The notes beneath the pieces were generated by a model. That model was not told where the DNA came from, made no database searches, and saw only the letters and a program-made list of their open reading frames with translations. A stretch of 62,677 nucleotides of DNA, the filler included, from Chiloscyllium plagiosum (Eukaryota), in NCBI RefSeq assembly GCF_004010195.1. It is 3 parts of one record of this genome, joined end to end, with 100 filler letters (N's around TTAATTAATTAA, not from the genome) between each part and the next. Parts side by side here need not be neighbours in the genome. Positions count along the whole stretch, not along the records: positions 42,578 to 62,677 come from NC_057714.1; 2 more parts are not named here. One strand, written 5' to 3'. The position numbers were made by a program, and so were the translations under genes. Shown piece by piece: positions 49,586-62,677 of the stretch (its first letter is position 1; each line of letters starts with the position of its first letter).

Positions 49586-52276
49586 AGGAGGGAGAATTGA
49601 CCCTGTACCCCTCTTTTCTACCCATCATGCCAAAGTGATATTGTACATATCTGCAGCCATACTTGGCAGCCACTGAGTGTCCTGCTAGATCTGGCTCTCC
49701 ATGATGGTTGCCAGACAGTGTCTCTGAAATAAACCATTTCTTGTTTACATCATGGCACCATTCTATTCATCTTCTGATTCAGTGTCGCATTATCCCAGAG
49801 GTGTCTCAACCTAGGCCACAGCATAGATGTGCCCTCCAGGATCTCTGACTGTTGGATATCACAATCTCTGATGGTTACTGCTGCTGTATATCTTTGAGGT
49901 TGTGACCCCAAACTGAGGCAGTAATCTGTCAGTTTGCATGGGACAACACAAACAATTGGGTATCAGGCTTTGCTTCCTATTTCCCCCCCTAAGTTAATTT
50001 GAACTGCATGCTTACATATTTACAAATGTGAATATTACCCTCTACTTTGCCTTGCTGTAATATGACTCTCTGCATCAATGATGGCCCAGCCACCCAGATA
50101 ATCTGGCCTGATGCCTCCACTTCAGAGGCTGTTAGGGTGCTCAGGTCAGGCCTCTTTCCATGGTATTGATCGCCTTTCTCTCACACAAATGGAAGGGGAA
50201 AGTGAGATCACAAAAAGTTACCAACTGGCCCCCTCACCACCTACCATCCCACAACTGCTCTTAATATCTCAACTCTCATCGAATATGGTGATACTGGCAG
50301 TAAGAAACAGATGCCAATCACTAATGCAGCTGTTCTTCATGAAGTTGCTGCTATTCTTTCACCATGTGGCTTATTTCTCTCAACATTGAGACCCGTTGCA
50401 TGTTGACAGACTGGCTCTGGTGTTGTTGAGGAGGTAATTGACCTTGCCTGATCTAGTATCCTGTTGTAAGACCTCCAAAGCTACCTCCATCCAGACTACC
50501 TTGATTCAATTGGTTGGGGGGAGAAGACGTCTCCAATTCCCATTCCCAATCCTTGGGATCAAAACTGTCGACTGCTGTTCCCAGATCAGCACAAGAAAAA
50601 TCTGCAGGAAGATATCCATTCCCCTGCTGTCTTCTGCTTGCAACACTTTCTTTGTTCAAGGCACCAGTCACTAGAGATGTAGGATGCTTTTGTGGCCTCT
50701 GTTTTCCCTGACTTGCCTGTTCACTTCTTTCTTGCAGGAATTAAAAGCTGAGCATCTGATCAATAGTGTGTGTCCTCTCCGCTGTAGGCACAAAAATAAT
50801 ATGAAAAATCTTAACTTATACAGGGAGGCCAGCATACTGTCAAAAACAGCAGCAGCATTGGTGCTGCCATTGATCAAAATTGCAATTTCCATTTGTTTGC
50901 CTGCCCTATCATTTGATTAAGGTGTGCACCCATCCTATCTCATTAGTTGGCTGGCCATATGTGATCACATCAGGCTGCCCCAAGTGGATAGGACTCTTGT
51001 GCAGTGGTAATGTCCTTTTCTCCTAAGATAGAAGGCCTGCGTTACAATCCTACCAGTTCCAGAGGTGTGTCAGAACATGTTTGAACTGTTTGATTGTAAA
51101 CATCGCTACAGTTTTGAAGACTATGTCTGAGTGAAGACCAAGATGTCAGACAGCAGTTTGAGTGCATTGTTGTGAGAGGACATCTTCCAGCACTTCGAGT
51201 CAGCTCATTGTTCATTAAAAGAAATGATGGCATAGTGGTAGTGTCAACAGTAATGGACAAGTAATCCAGAATCCCAAGTTAACGTCCTGGGAACATGGAT
51301 TCGGATTCTACCCAGGTAATTGGTGAAATTTGGATTCATTAAAAAAAAATTGCCTGAAGTGTCTGCCTACCTTCTTTGAGGTCCGCTGTCACAACCCACA
51401 TCACTAACATGTAAGTTATGTCCATTATTTAAGAATGAAGAGACTGTGGGTCATGTGGTCTTTGGAGGAGTGAGTGAGAATGGAATAGTTCATACTATTA
51501 AGGCTGAGCGTTTAACAGTAGAGCAAGAGGGTTGTTGGGGTTGATTGGATAGTTCAAAAGTAGAGGATGGGAATGAAGATCTTTCTAGAAAGAGAAGTGA
51601 GACATGATGGGATCAAGGAAGGGTAAGGGTGTAAGCACTAGTGAGCGTGGGGGTGGGGTGCAGTGGGCAGAGGATTGCATAGGGTTAAAGTCGCCGAAGA
51701 CCATATTCTCTCTCATCCAAACCCCAAATGCTGGCAAAATATTACATTATACTGCATCACTACCTTCCACCTGGAGAGAGAGAGAGAGAGACAATAATTT
51801 TAAAGGCAACAAAGCTGAAGAAAAAGGAATTGACTGGGAGCAGAATTTGTAAGGACCATCCAGGAGGGTCTTTTAGAGCAGTATAGGAAGGGGCCATACT
51901 GGACCTGGTGTTGGGGAATGAGCCCAGCCAGGAGGTTGAAGTTTCAATAGGGGATTACTTTTGGAATAGTGATCACAATTCTGTAAGATCTAGAATAATC
52001 ATGGACAAAGACGAGAGCAATCCTAAAGGAAGAGTACTAAATTGGAGGAAAGCAAAATTCAGCAGGAGCTGGGAAACATGGATTTGGAGCAGGTGGTGGA
52101 GGGTAAATCCACATTTGATATGCAGGAGGCTTTTAAAGAGAAGTTGGTTAGAGTGCAGGACAGGTATGTCCCTGTGAAAATGAGGAATAGAAATGGCAAG
52201 ATTAGGGAACCATGGATGACAGGTGAAATTGTGAGACTAGCTTAGAGGAAAAAGGAAGCATACATAAGGTCTAGGC

Positions 52277-52592
52277 CAGGGGTGGGGAACCTGCGGCCTT
52301 CTAGGCCATTGTGGGGGCCTTTTGAATGAATCCAAATTTTGCAGAACAAATCTTTTATTTTTTAGTAATTTTTTTGTCATTTTATTATTTTTATTTTAAT
52401 CTGAAAATGAATGTATTTAAAATACCAGAGAATACAAGAAAATTCAACGAAATAATCCTCACAGACTGACTGCCACAATTGAAAAAAGTGTGAATTTTGA
52501 AGATTATATAACTGAAGTTTCTTGGTTGCGGCCTTACTAGATTACAACTAATATAATGCGGCCTTCCAACATGGAAAGGTTCCCCACCTCTG
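52277..52592. mobile_element. Non-autonomous hAT (Charlie-like) MITE, 316 bp
   Basis: TIRs caggggtggggaacct / aggttccccacctctg and a perfect 8-bp TSD gtctaggc (52269-52276 and 52593-52600). Confidence 0.92.
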
Positions 52593-52614
52593 GTCTAGGC
52601 GACTGAAGACAGAT

Positions 52615-52723
52615 GAAGCTTTGGAAGAATATCGGGAAAGTAGGACCAATCTGAAACGAGGAATTAAGAAGCTTTGGAAGAATATCGGGAAAGTAGGACC
52701 AATCTGAAACGAGGAATTAAGAA
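52615..52723 (+). repeat. 53-bp tandem duplication inside CR1
   Basis: gaagctttggaagaatatcgggaaagtaggaccaatctgaaacgaggaattaa occurs twice. Confidence 0.9.
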
Positions 52724-54939
52724 GGCTAAGAGGGGTCTTTAGCAAACAGGCTTAAGGAAAATCCCACAGCCTTTTATTCACATATAATGCGCAAGAGGGT
52801 AATTAGAGAAAGGGTTGGTCCACTCAAGGACAAAGGGGGAAGGTTATGTATGGAGTCAGAAAAATAGGTGAGATTCTTAATGATCACTTTGCTTCAGTAT
52901 TCACCGAGAAAAGGGACATGACGGATATTGAGGTTAGGGATAGATGTTTGATTACTCTAGGTCAAGTCGGCAAAGGAAGGGAGGAAGTGTTGGGTCTTCT
53001 AAAAAGCATTAAGGTGGACAAGTCCCCAGGTTAATGAGCAATGCAAGCGAGTAAATAGCTGGGGCCTAACAGAATATCTTTGCAGCATTCTTGAACACCG
53101 GTGAGGTCCCGGAGAACTGGAGAATTGCTAATGTTGTGCCATTGTTTAAGAAGGGTTGCAAGGATAATCCAGGTAATTATAAACTGGTGAGCTTGTTGTC
53201 AGTGGTAGAGAAAATACTGAGGGATAAGATCTATTTACATTTGGAAGAAAATGCTCCTATCAATGACAGGCAGCATGGTTTTGTGCATGGAAGGTCATGT
53301 TTTACCTACTTAATAGAATTCTTTGAGGAAGTGACAAAGTTGATTGATGACGGAAGGTCTGTAGATGTCATTTACAGGTAAGGAGTTTGACAAGGTTCCC
53401 CATGGTAGGTTGATGGAGAAAGTAAAGTCACATAGGGCCCAGGGTGTACTAGCTAGATGGATAGAGAACTGGCTGGGCAACAGGAGACAGAGTAGTAGTA
53501 GTGGAAGGGAGTTTCTCAAAATGGAGAACTGTGACCAGTGGTGAACTACGGGGATCCGTGCTGGGACCACTGTTGCTTGTGATATACATAAAATGATCTG
53601 GAGAAAGGTATTAGGTCGTCTGATTAGCACGTTTGCAGATTACACTAAGATTGATGGAGTAGCAGATAACAATGCAGACTGTTGGAAAATGCAGCAGATG
53701 ATAGATAGATAGATTGGAGAGTTGGGTGGAGAAATGGCAGATGGAGTTCAATCCGGGCAAATGCGAGGTGATGCATTTTGGAAGATCCAATTCTAGAGCG
53801 AACTATACAGTAAATGGAAAAGCCTAGGGGAAAATTGATGTACAGAGAGATCTGGGTTTTCGGGCCCATTGCATCTCGAAGGTGGCAACGCAGGTCAATA
53901 GAGTGGTCAAGAAAGCATACAGCATACTTTCCTTCATTGGATGGGGTATTGAGTACAAGAGTTGGCACGTCATGTTGCAGTTGTATAGAACTTTGCTTTG
54001 GCTACATTTGGAATACTGCGTCCACTTCTGGTCGCTACGTTAGCAAAAGGATGTGGATGCTTTGGAGAGGGTGCAGAGGGGGTTCACCAAGATGTTACCT
54101 GGTATAGAGGGTGTTAGCTATGAAGAGAGATGAGGATTATTTTCATTAGAAAGACGGAGGTTGAGGTGGGACCTGATTGAGGTCTACAAAATCATGAGAG
54201 GCATAGATAGGGTGGATAGCAAGAAGCTTTTTCCAATAGTGGGGGACTCGATTGCTCGGGGTCATGGGTTCAAGGTGAAAGGAGAAGAGTTCAAGGGAAA
54301 TGTGTGTGGGAAGTTCTTTACGCAGAGGGTGGTGGGTACCTGGAACGCGTTGCCAATGGAGGTGGTAGAGGCGGGTACGATAGTGTCATTTAAGATGTAT
54401 CTAGACAGATATATGAATGGGCAGGGAGCAGAGGGATACAGATCCTTAGAAAAGAGGTGGTAGGTTTAGATAGAGGGTCTGGATCGGTGCAGGCTTGGAG
54501 AGCCAAAGGGCCTGTTCATGTGCTGTAGTTTTCTTCCTTCTTTGAAAGGAAAAGATTAGAAGGAGATAGAAAGCAAAGCAGAAGCATGCGGTCAGCAGAG
54601 GCAGGCAATATGAGCACTGTGTTGTGTGTCTTATGTATGCAGTAACATGAAAGATTAATAACTATCTTAGTGGAATTATTGTGTCTGGTTATTTCCTGTC
54701 CACAAACTTTTCTTACTTTTATTCTGTTTCTTGGTCACGCCTTTTGCATCAAATTATTGCTATTATGAGGACCAAGCTTCTCGGTTTTCATTCACAGCTC
54801 CTATGTCATTTCTTTTTTTTGTAACTACTGTTCCATTGTTGACTGTTGAATCCCAGTCACATTGTATTATATTTTCTCATAGAGAATTCAGTGTATTCTC
54901 AGGACTGCCACCCACAGAAGTAGAACAGTTGGTCTTGTC

Positions 54940-55240
54940 CCTTGGCTGGGGGATTTCAAAACTAGGGGGCATACTTTTAAGATGGGAGGAGAAAGATTAA
55001 AAAGGGCAACCTTTTTACACAATGAGTGATCCGTGTGTGGAATGAACTGCCAGAGGAAGAGATAGATGCAAGTTACAACATTTAAAAGTTATTTGGACAG
55101 CCGCATGAATAGGAAAGGTTTAGAGGGAGATTGGCCAAATGTAGGCAAGTGGGACTCGTTTAGTTGGGTAAAGTTGGTCAGCATGGGCAAATTGTTTGTT
55201 TCTGAGAGTCTGTTTCCGCGCTGTAGGATTCTGACTCCAT
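54940..55240 (+). mobile_element. CR1-type LINE 3' end
   Basis: aactagggggcatac...tggaatgaactgccagagga...ctgtaggattctgactccat. Confidence 0.85.
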
Positions 55241-56279
55241 GTGCGGTGAGGCTGACTGTTTTTAGAAAGCCTCAGCTTCCTGGGACTTTGTGTCGGTTAT
55301 TTCATAACTTTAGTCTATTTAGTCTTTACCAGCCCACCCACCACCTTTATAACACTCAGACCAATGCATATCTCAAAACACCTTTCTTTAGTCCCAAACC
55401 AACTTCTTTATTATCCAGGCCAAGGCAAGATCTATATGGAGATGATTTAAAATAATGTTTCTTTAAATCTAATACAGATTTCACTTTCCATACTTAGGGT
55501 AAAGAATCCCATTCAAGATGATCCAGGTAATGCTTATTTTTAAAACTTCAAATGCTGAATCTTTTACACTTAAAATTTATTCATACCTCACATTGAAGTT
55601 TTCTAATCTTTTAATAAGCCTCTTTATTCAGTCAAATCAACTGTGAATTTTGAAACCTGTGCTGAGATGATTGTATCTGAGATGATTGGAAATCAGCCAA
55701 GCATTCTGAAAAGACCTTTGGAGGAATGTCAACAAACAGATTTGAAATAGCATGAACAGTTTTTTTAAAACTTCCCATTGACTTTTGCTTTTTATGAATT
55801 TGAATAACCTATTATCATGGCATTTGTACAGACCTTAATGTGAGTTTTTATGTTGGGTTATTTCATAACCTGCAGTGTTGGAGTCATGATGTTAGATCCT
55901 TTTGTAGTAGCGAAAATGGGGCCCCCTTTAGTTCAAGTTATGATCCCAACTGATGTTATTACTGAGCAAGTAAGGTCTTAGACTGAAATTTCACTAATAG
56001 ATAATATTTTGTATTATTAACTTTTAGCAAGATGATCTCTCACTGAGACGTAAGTGTGCAATTTTGCAGATTTGTTTGTAATAATAAAACAAGTTTATTA
56101 CTCAAAAGCAAAATATTAAATTAAACAATTTACCTATAACACATATTTAAATGTGTCAAAACTTGTAGTAAAGATACAATTCCATTAAATCTCCAACAGC
56201 ATCTCATTACAGTATAAACTCCAGAAAAAGTGACTTTCTCTTACCACATAGTGTTTGATTTAGTTGTGGCTTCAAGTCC

Positions 56280-57857
56280 TGCTTTGGCAAATAGAATTAA
56301 GGAGAATCCAAAAGGTTTTTACAGATACATTAAGGACAAAAGGGTAAGTAGGGAGAGAATAGGGCCCTTCAAAGATCAGCAAGGCGGCCTTTCTGTGGAG
56401 CCGCCGAAAATGGGGGAGATACTAAACGAGTATTTTGTATCAGTATTTAGTGTGGAAAAGGATATGGAAGATATAGAATGTAGGGAAATAGATGGTGACA
56501 CCTTGCAAAATGTCCATATTACAGTGGAGGAAGTGCTGGACGTCTTGAAACACATAAAGGTGGATAAATCCCCAGGACCTGATCAAGTGTACCCTAGAAC
56601 TCTGTGGGAAGCTAGAGAAGTGATTGCTGGGCCTCTTGCTGAGATATTTGTATCATCGATTGTCACAGGTGAGGTGCTGGAAGACTGGAGGTTGGCTAAC
56701 AATAGACAATAGACAATAGACAATAGGTGCAGGAGTAGGCCATTCTGCCCTTCGAGCCTGCACCGCCATTCAATATGATCATGGCTGATCATTCCTAATC
56801 AGTATCCTGTTCCTGCCTTATCTCCATAACCCTNNNNNNNNNNNNNNNNNNNNNNNNNNNNNNNNNNNNNNNNNNNNNNNNNNNNNNNNNNNNNNNNNNN
56901 NNNNNNNNNNNNNNNNNNNNNNNNNNNNNNNNNNNNNNNNNNNNNNNNNNNNNNNNNNNNNNNNNNNNNNNNNNNNNNNNNNNNNNNNNNNNNNNNNNNN
57001 NNNNNNNNNNNNNNNNNNNNNNNNNNNNNNNNNNNNNNNNNNNNNNNNNNNNNNNNNNNNNNNNNNNNNNNNNNNNNNNNNNNNNNNNNNNNNNNNNNNN
57101 NNNNNNNNNNNNNNNNNNNNNNNNNNNNNNNNNNNNNNNNNNNNNNNNNNNNNNNNNNNNNNNNNNNNNNNNNNNNNNNNNNNNNNNNNNNNNNNNNNNN
57201 NNNNNNNNNNNNNNNNNNNNNNNNNNNNNNNNNNNNNNNNNNNNNNNNNNNNNNNNNNNNNNNNNNNNNNNNNNNNNNNNNNNNNNNNNNNNNNNNNNNN
57301 NNNNNNNNNNNNNNNNNNNNNNNNNNNNNNNNNNNNNNNNNNNNNNNNNNNNNNNNNNNNNNNNNNNNNNNNNNNNNNNNNNNNNNNNNNNNNNNNNNNN
57401 NNNNNNNNNNNNNNNNNNNNNNNNNNNNNNNNNNNNNNNNNNNNNNNNNNNNNNNNNNNNNNNNNNNNNNNNNNNNNNNNNNNNNNNNNNNNNNNNNNNN
57501 NNNNNNNNNNNNNNNNNNNNNNNNNNNNNNNNNNNNNNNNNNNNNNNNNNNNNNNNNNNNNNNNNNNNNNNNNNNNNNNNNNNNNNNNNNNNNNTTAAAG
57601 AGACCTAAGGGGCAACTTTTTCACACAGAGGTTGGTACGTGTATGGAATGAGCTGCCAGAGGAAGTGGTGGAGGCTGGTACAATTGCAACATTTAAAAGG
57701 CATTTGGATGGGTATATGAATAGGAAGGGTTTGGAGGGATATGGGCCAGGTGCTGGCAGGTGGGACTAGATTGGATTGTGACATCTGGTCGGCATGGACG
57801 GGTTGGACCGAAGGGTCTGTTTCCATGCTGTACATCTCTATGACACTATGACTGTAT
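56280..57857 (+). mobile_element. CR1/HER1-type LINE spanning an assembly gap, with an antisense CR1 tail inserted at 56701-56833
   Basis: ORF 56230-56712 matches the 23.6-kb copy and the 3' end lies at 57595-57857. The (aatagac)n tail of the second subfamily lies on the minus strand. Confidence 0.9.
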
Positions 57858-58699
57858 GAGAATTTGATAGCCTCTTCCTTGGTTTGTCATTTATCTGAGC
57901 TTAAACATGCTCAGCTTCAAAAAATCCTTTATGTCTGGTCTGAAACCTTTACTAAATGCCTTGCAATAAAGTAACTAATATTAAACAACTCTTAAGCTAT
58001 CTTCTCCATTTCTAAGGGGTAGCTATTTTATACTTCTGGTTCAGCTAAGAACACTGCAGAACTGCCCCAAACTGAGACTAGCTGTGTTCCAAGCTGGCTG
58101 TTTTTCCGAGTCCAAAACAAATGCCAAAAGTTACTATCTGAGCAGTTGCAAATTCTCTAAATGTAAACATATTCCTAACAGCCTTCAAAACTATCTTTCT
58201 CTGACTTTATACCAATGCAACAAAGTAGTTGGAAGTCTCAGACACAAAATCTAAATGCCACCAGTTCCAGCTGTGTTATGAAACTAACTCTCACATTTGC
58301 ATATCGTCTGAAGCCAAGCTCCAGGCATTTCCATGTGTTCACAGACCATTTCAAAAGAATAAGCACTGGGTCAAATGTGCAGAAGACAGCGGTGCTCTAC
58401 CAGCCGCTCCCTGACTATTGAGAATGATGGCCAGCCACAGGACAGTGTGGATCAGTTCTCATACCTTGTGAACCTCATTTCAGTGTAGACCTCAACCTGG
58501 AGACCAAACTCATGGTCAGGGTAGCAGTGTTTTCAATCTTTATGTAATGAGTTGGAGACATGGCCATTGTACAGAAGACACCTCAAATCCCTTGAGAAAT
58601 CTTACTAGCAATGCCTCCATAACATCATGCAAATCTACCGGCAGGGTAGGTATTCTGATATTTTTATCCTCTCTCAGATCAACATCCCCAGCATCAAGG

Positions 58700-59590
58700 C
58701 AAATGAAAACAGAAATTGCTGCAGAAACTAAGCAGGTCTGGCAGCATCTGTGGAGTGAAGCAGAGTTAACATATTGAGTGACCCTCTTCTTCGAATCTGA
58801 TAGCAGCTAGAAAGGTGGTGGGGAAGAAGTGAGCAGGTTGGTGGAGATAAAGGTGAAAGGGAGCAAGAAAAAATGTCAGGCAGACAAAGGGCTTGTACAT
58901 AGTAAGTTGTGGCAGAAAAGATATGTAGGTTATAATAGAGAGTGGATGAATATTGTTTGGCTGTGCTGAAACCAATTCATTTTATGACAGAATCTGGGAT
59001 GTGGAGATCGTTAAAGGGCATGGAAGAAAGTGCTCAGGACCTAAAATTACTGAACTCTGTATAGTGCGTGAAGGCTGCCCGGAAAATGAGATATTGTTCC
59101 TCCAGCTTGCATTGAGCTTTGCTCGAGCACTGCAGCAGGCATGACACAAAAATATTGGCATGGCAACATGAAGTGGCAGAAAACAAGAAGGTCAGGGTAA
59201 ATTTGCTGACAGATGTAGGTATTCTGCAAAATGGTCACCCAGTCTCCGTTTTGGCTTCCTAATATAGAAGAGATGACATTGCGAGTAGCAATCACAGAAA
59301 ACTAGATTGAGTGAAATACTGTTTCACCTGGAAGGTGTGTTTGGGGCCTTTGATAATAAGGAGGGACGTTGCACCTTCTACAAATGCATAGGAAAGTGCC
59401 ATGGAAATATGGGAAGGGATTGGGAGTAGACCAGAGTGTCCCAGAGGGAATAGTCCCTATGAAATACCGACAAGGGAGTGGAAGGGAGGGGAATATATGT
59501 CCAGTAGTGGCATCTGCTGGAGATGCTGGAAATGGTGCCTTGTGATCCTTTGGATGCGTATAATGGTAGGGTGGGATGTGAGGAGCAGGC
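58700..59590 (-). mobile_element. Old degraded Penelope-like element 3' part
   Basis: pLTR-like aaaacagaaattgctgcagaaactaagcaggtctggcagcatctgtggag and reverse frame IQRITRHHFQHLQQMP... Confidence 0.7.
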
Positions 59591-60049
59591 GGAGCCTAAC
59601 GGTAACCCTTCCGCGACCACACCATGTTTTTAAATTCTGTGGCATAAGTTCAAATTTGTGGTAGTGGTCAATGAAGATGGCTTTGGTCCTTCAGATATTC
59701 ACATGGAAGGAACTGTAGATTGAAAATCATCCAAGACTGATTTGCCTTGCATACAAACTGAGAACATCATCCATTCATCCTTTGTGATTCACCTCACTTT
59801 GTACTGTATCGTCGTACTTGTTAAGTGCTATTTATATACTCAAGCCTAAATGTTATTGAGGAAGCAAAGTCAGATATCATGCCAGGGAAACAACTGGTTT
59901 GTAGAGAGCAATTTTCCTTGCGATAGGTGCATCAAAGGTAGCAATTTAGAAAATGAGCAACTGCAAAAGTATCTTGTGAATGCTACCTAAATATTAAGGG
60001 TGGAAGTTTGAAATTGAGGTTGTATAAGAAATGGGAAAGGAGTAAAGCC

Positions 60050-62230
60050 ATAGAGTAGAAATATTCAATTCTTTGAGCTTGCAGTGCCTTTCACGGGGAA
60101 CTTGGCTGGTCATTACCTCAATTCCTCATTTCTGCAATATCTTGATATTTCAAAATTATCTTAATATGTAAAAATCTATTGCTGTCTGTCTAATATACTC
60201 CATGACTGAGCAACAGTTGCTCTCTGCTGCAGCAAATTTTTCCCTATCTCATTCCAAATGGCTGATCACTTATTATGATTTATGACCATATTTAAAGTTC
60301 TCCAGCAGGGTAAACATGTTTTAGTAAGGTTGCCTCCTATTTTTCTGAGTTTTAGGTCCCACACTTAGGCCTAGTCTCCTCCAGTCTTTCCTTGCAGGAG
60401 GATCCTTTCATCCCACAGATCGGTCAAGTGAACACTTCCTTTCATTTTTCCTTGGGTAAGGTGAACAAAACTGTACCTCAGAATGTGATCTCATGAAGAC
60501 CCAATATCATTGCAGAAAATTTCTCTGATCTTTTTGTTATAATGAGATTGATTGCTTGATGCTCCTACATGTTAACTTCGTATGACTCGCTGACATACCA
60601 ACATTTTCCACACGTTCTACATTCTGGTAGCATTCTACTTTTCTATTACCAAAATTGACAAATTTGCATTATATTCTGTCTGCAATTTTCCCCTCACTCA
60701 TTTAGCTTGCCTGAATCCTTTCTCAGCCTTGATATTTCCTCCTTGTAAATTACTTTCCCACTGAATTTTGCATTCTCAATAAGCTAATTATTAAAGCTAG
60801 TTTAATGGTAACCATAAAACCATTGTCAATTGTTGTTAAAAAGAAAGTCTGGTTCACTAATGTCCTTTAGAGAAGGCAGTCTGCCTTACTCACCTGGTGT
60901 GGCCTACCTGTTCTTGGCATTGAACCAAACCTTGATTTCTAACTTGGTGTGACAACCTCATTTGACACCATATTGCATGCTTTTTGAAAGTCCAAATGCA
61001 CTGCATCCATTGTGTTCCCCTTCCATACCTTGCTAGTTGCAACCTCAGAAATCTTGAGCAGATTTGTCACTTATTTTCCTTTTGTAAAATGTGTTGTGAA
61101 TGTAAGTTTCCATGCATTTTATAAAAGATTGATAATTGTTGTCAGACTAACTGATTTTTAATTTCCCTTTTCATCTCCCTTTGCTTCCTTAATTGGCAAT
61201 GTTACAAATTCTGCCTTCCAATCCACAGACATCATTTTAAAATCTAAAGAACATTGGAAACTCAAAACTGATGCATCCATTATCTCTGTAATTGTCTTTG
61301 AAAACTTTATAATGAAGGGCAGCAGTTTTAAGGAATTGTCAACTTTCAATTCCATTCGTTTCATTAATACTATTTTCTGTCCTGACACTAAGTAACTTAA
61401 GTTTGATTCTCATTCATCTCTTTGTTGCCTAATATTTCCAAAATGTCAATTACATGTGTCTTCACAACAGAAGACACAAAATATTTTTTGATACCTCTGC
61501 CAGTTCCTTAGTACTCATTATTTCTCCTGTTTCTGTCTTTACAGGTTGCATTTACTTCCAATCATATTTTTTTTGCAATAGTAAGGGAATTTTTACAATC
61601 CTTTTTAACTCTCTTGCTAGTTTACTCCCGATGGTTACCACTGCTGTCTCTCAACTCCTGGGATCAGGATTCGATTCCATCCTCGAGCTGTGTGGAGTTT
61701 GCACCTTCTTCCTGTGTATGCGTGGGTTTTCTCTGGGTGCTCCAGTTTCCTCCCACTGTCCAAGGGTTAGGTGGATTGGCCATGCTAAATTGTGTAGTGT
61801 ACAGGGATATATGGGCCAGGTGTGTTAGCATGGGGAATGCAGGGTTACAGGGATGGGATGGGTCGGGTCTGGGTGGGATACTCTTTTGGAGGGTTGGTGT
61901 GGACTCGATGGGTCAAATGGCCTGCTTCCACACTGTAGGGATTCTATGAATATAACGTTTTTCTTTCCTTGGCATTTCTTGGATTATCCCTTGTTTAAAA
62001 TCAAAAATTCTTCCACTCCTGAGGCGTACTACTGTTTTTGACAGCTTTGTAAGCTATCTTTAACTTGTTAGCCACAGCTAGGCTTCTTTTCTTCTACAGC
62101 CTTTTATTCCTTTAAGGTACTTTACAAATTATGAATTAATTCTTTAATATTTGCCATTGATAATCTGCTATAAACATTTTAAATGTAATTTCCCAAGCTA
62201 CCTTACCCAACTTACCTCTCATCCTTTCAT
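60050..62230 (-). mobile_element. Old degraded CR1-type LINE
   Basis: Reverse remnants such as gctttttgaaagtccaaatg (LDFQKA) and ORF 61158-61388 (DWKAEFVTLPIK). Confidence 0.65.
61633..61948 (+). mobile_element. HE1-family SINE (older copy)
   Basis: V-domain tgtggagtttgcaccttctt...tggattggccatgctaaattg and tail cacactgtagggattctatg. Confidence 0.85.
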
Positions 62231-62438
62231 TCTTGTGTTTAAGACCTGCCATGAGTGGAGGACATGAAGAGAACTCCCAAAGAAAACCTCATTTTCTTCC
62301 TTATTTTCAGGTTTACATTGTTTCTTTTAAAATTAACAACCTTGCTTGACTTAAAACGACTGAGGCTAGTCTCCTGATCTTATTTTAAAGGGGAAGCCGG
62401 TGGCATAGTAGTAATACCACTGGACTAGTAAGATAGAA

Positions 62439-62677
62439 GGAGAAAGTGAGGACTGCAGATGCTGGAGATCAAACCTGAAAATGTGTTGCTGGAAAAGCGC
62501 AGCAGGTCAGGCAGCATCCAAGGAGCAAGAGAATCAATGTTTCGGGCATGAGCCCTTCTTCAGGAATGAGGAGAGTGTGCCAAGCAGGCTAAGATAAAAG
62601 GTAGGGAGGAGGGACTTGGGGGAGGGGCATTGGAACTGCGATAGGTGGAAGGAGGTTAAGGTGAGGGTGATAGGCCG
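62439..62677 (-). mobile_element. PLE pLTR/3' end (family 1), continuing past the window
   Basis: Contains the reverse complement of 1-141. Confidence 0.9.

Larger units (their letters stand above)
51835..54543 (+). mobile_element. CR1-type LINE (third subfamily), 5' truncated
   Basis: Endonuclease end (LDLVLGNE...NSDHN), RT (ANVVPLFKKGCKDNPGNY, QHGFVHGRSC) and a 3' tail. Confidence 0.95.

Noticed and set aside
49091..49600. 169-aa ORF
   Set aside because: Runs through the inverted pLTR pair and has no protein features.
55890..58500. Possible LTR-like repeat flanking the 56.3-57.9 kb CR1 (similar-looking stretches at 25860-26160 and 34620-34990)
   Set aside because: I could not define termini, a TSD or a family by eye, so it is left unannotated.

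Overview
Repeat-rich vertebrate genomic DNA, almost certainly from an elasmobranch (shark). It carries HE1/V-SINEs, CR1/HER1-type LINEs, several Penelope-like element (PLE) families, Rex1, and hAT and Harbinger remnants. I found only one intact host coding exon: a 94-bp minus-strand exon of CREB5 (27220-27313, RFPTEDHLMIHRHKHEMTLKFPAIKTDNILS). The whole window therefore appears to be two very large CREB5 introns. The most unexpected item is downstream of that exon on the same strand (~2250-15370). It looks like a decayed multi-exon gene with plausible splice sites, many stops and frameshifts, two mutually homologous blocks of a domain I cannot name, a possible class I methyltransferase-like exon and an embedded Gypsy gag/protease-like relic. 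The PLE termini carry minimal hammerhead-ribozyme motifs, two with intact cores, and several PLE copies are palindromic. All calls were made by eye without database searches, and repeat boundaries are approximate.
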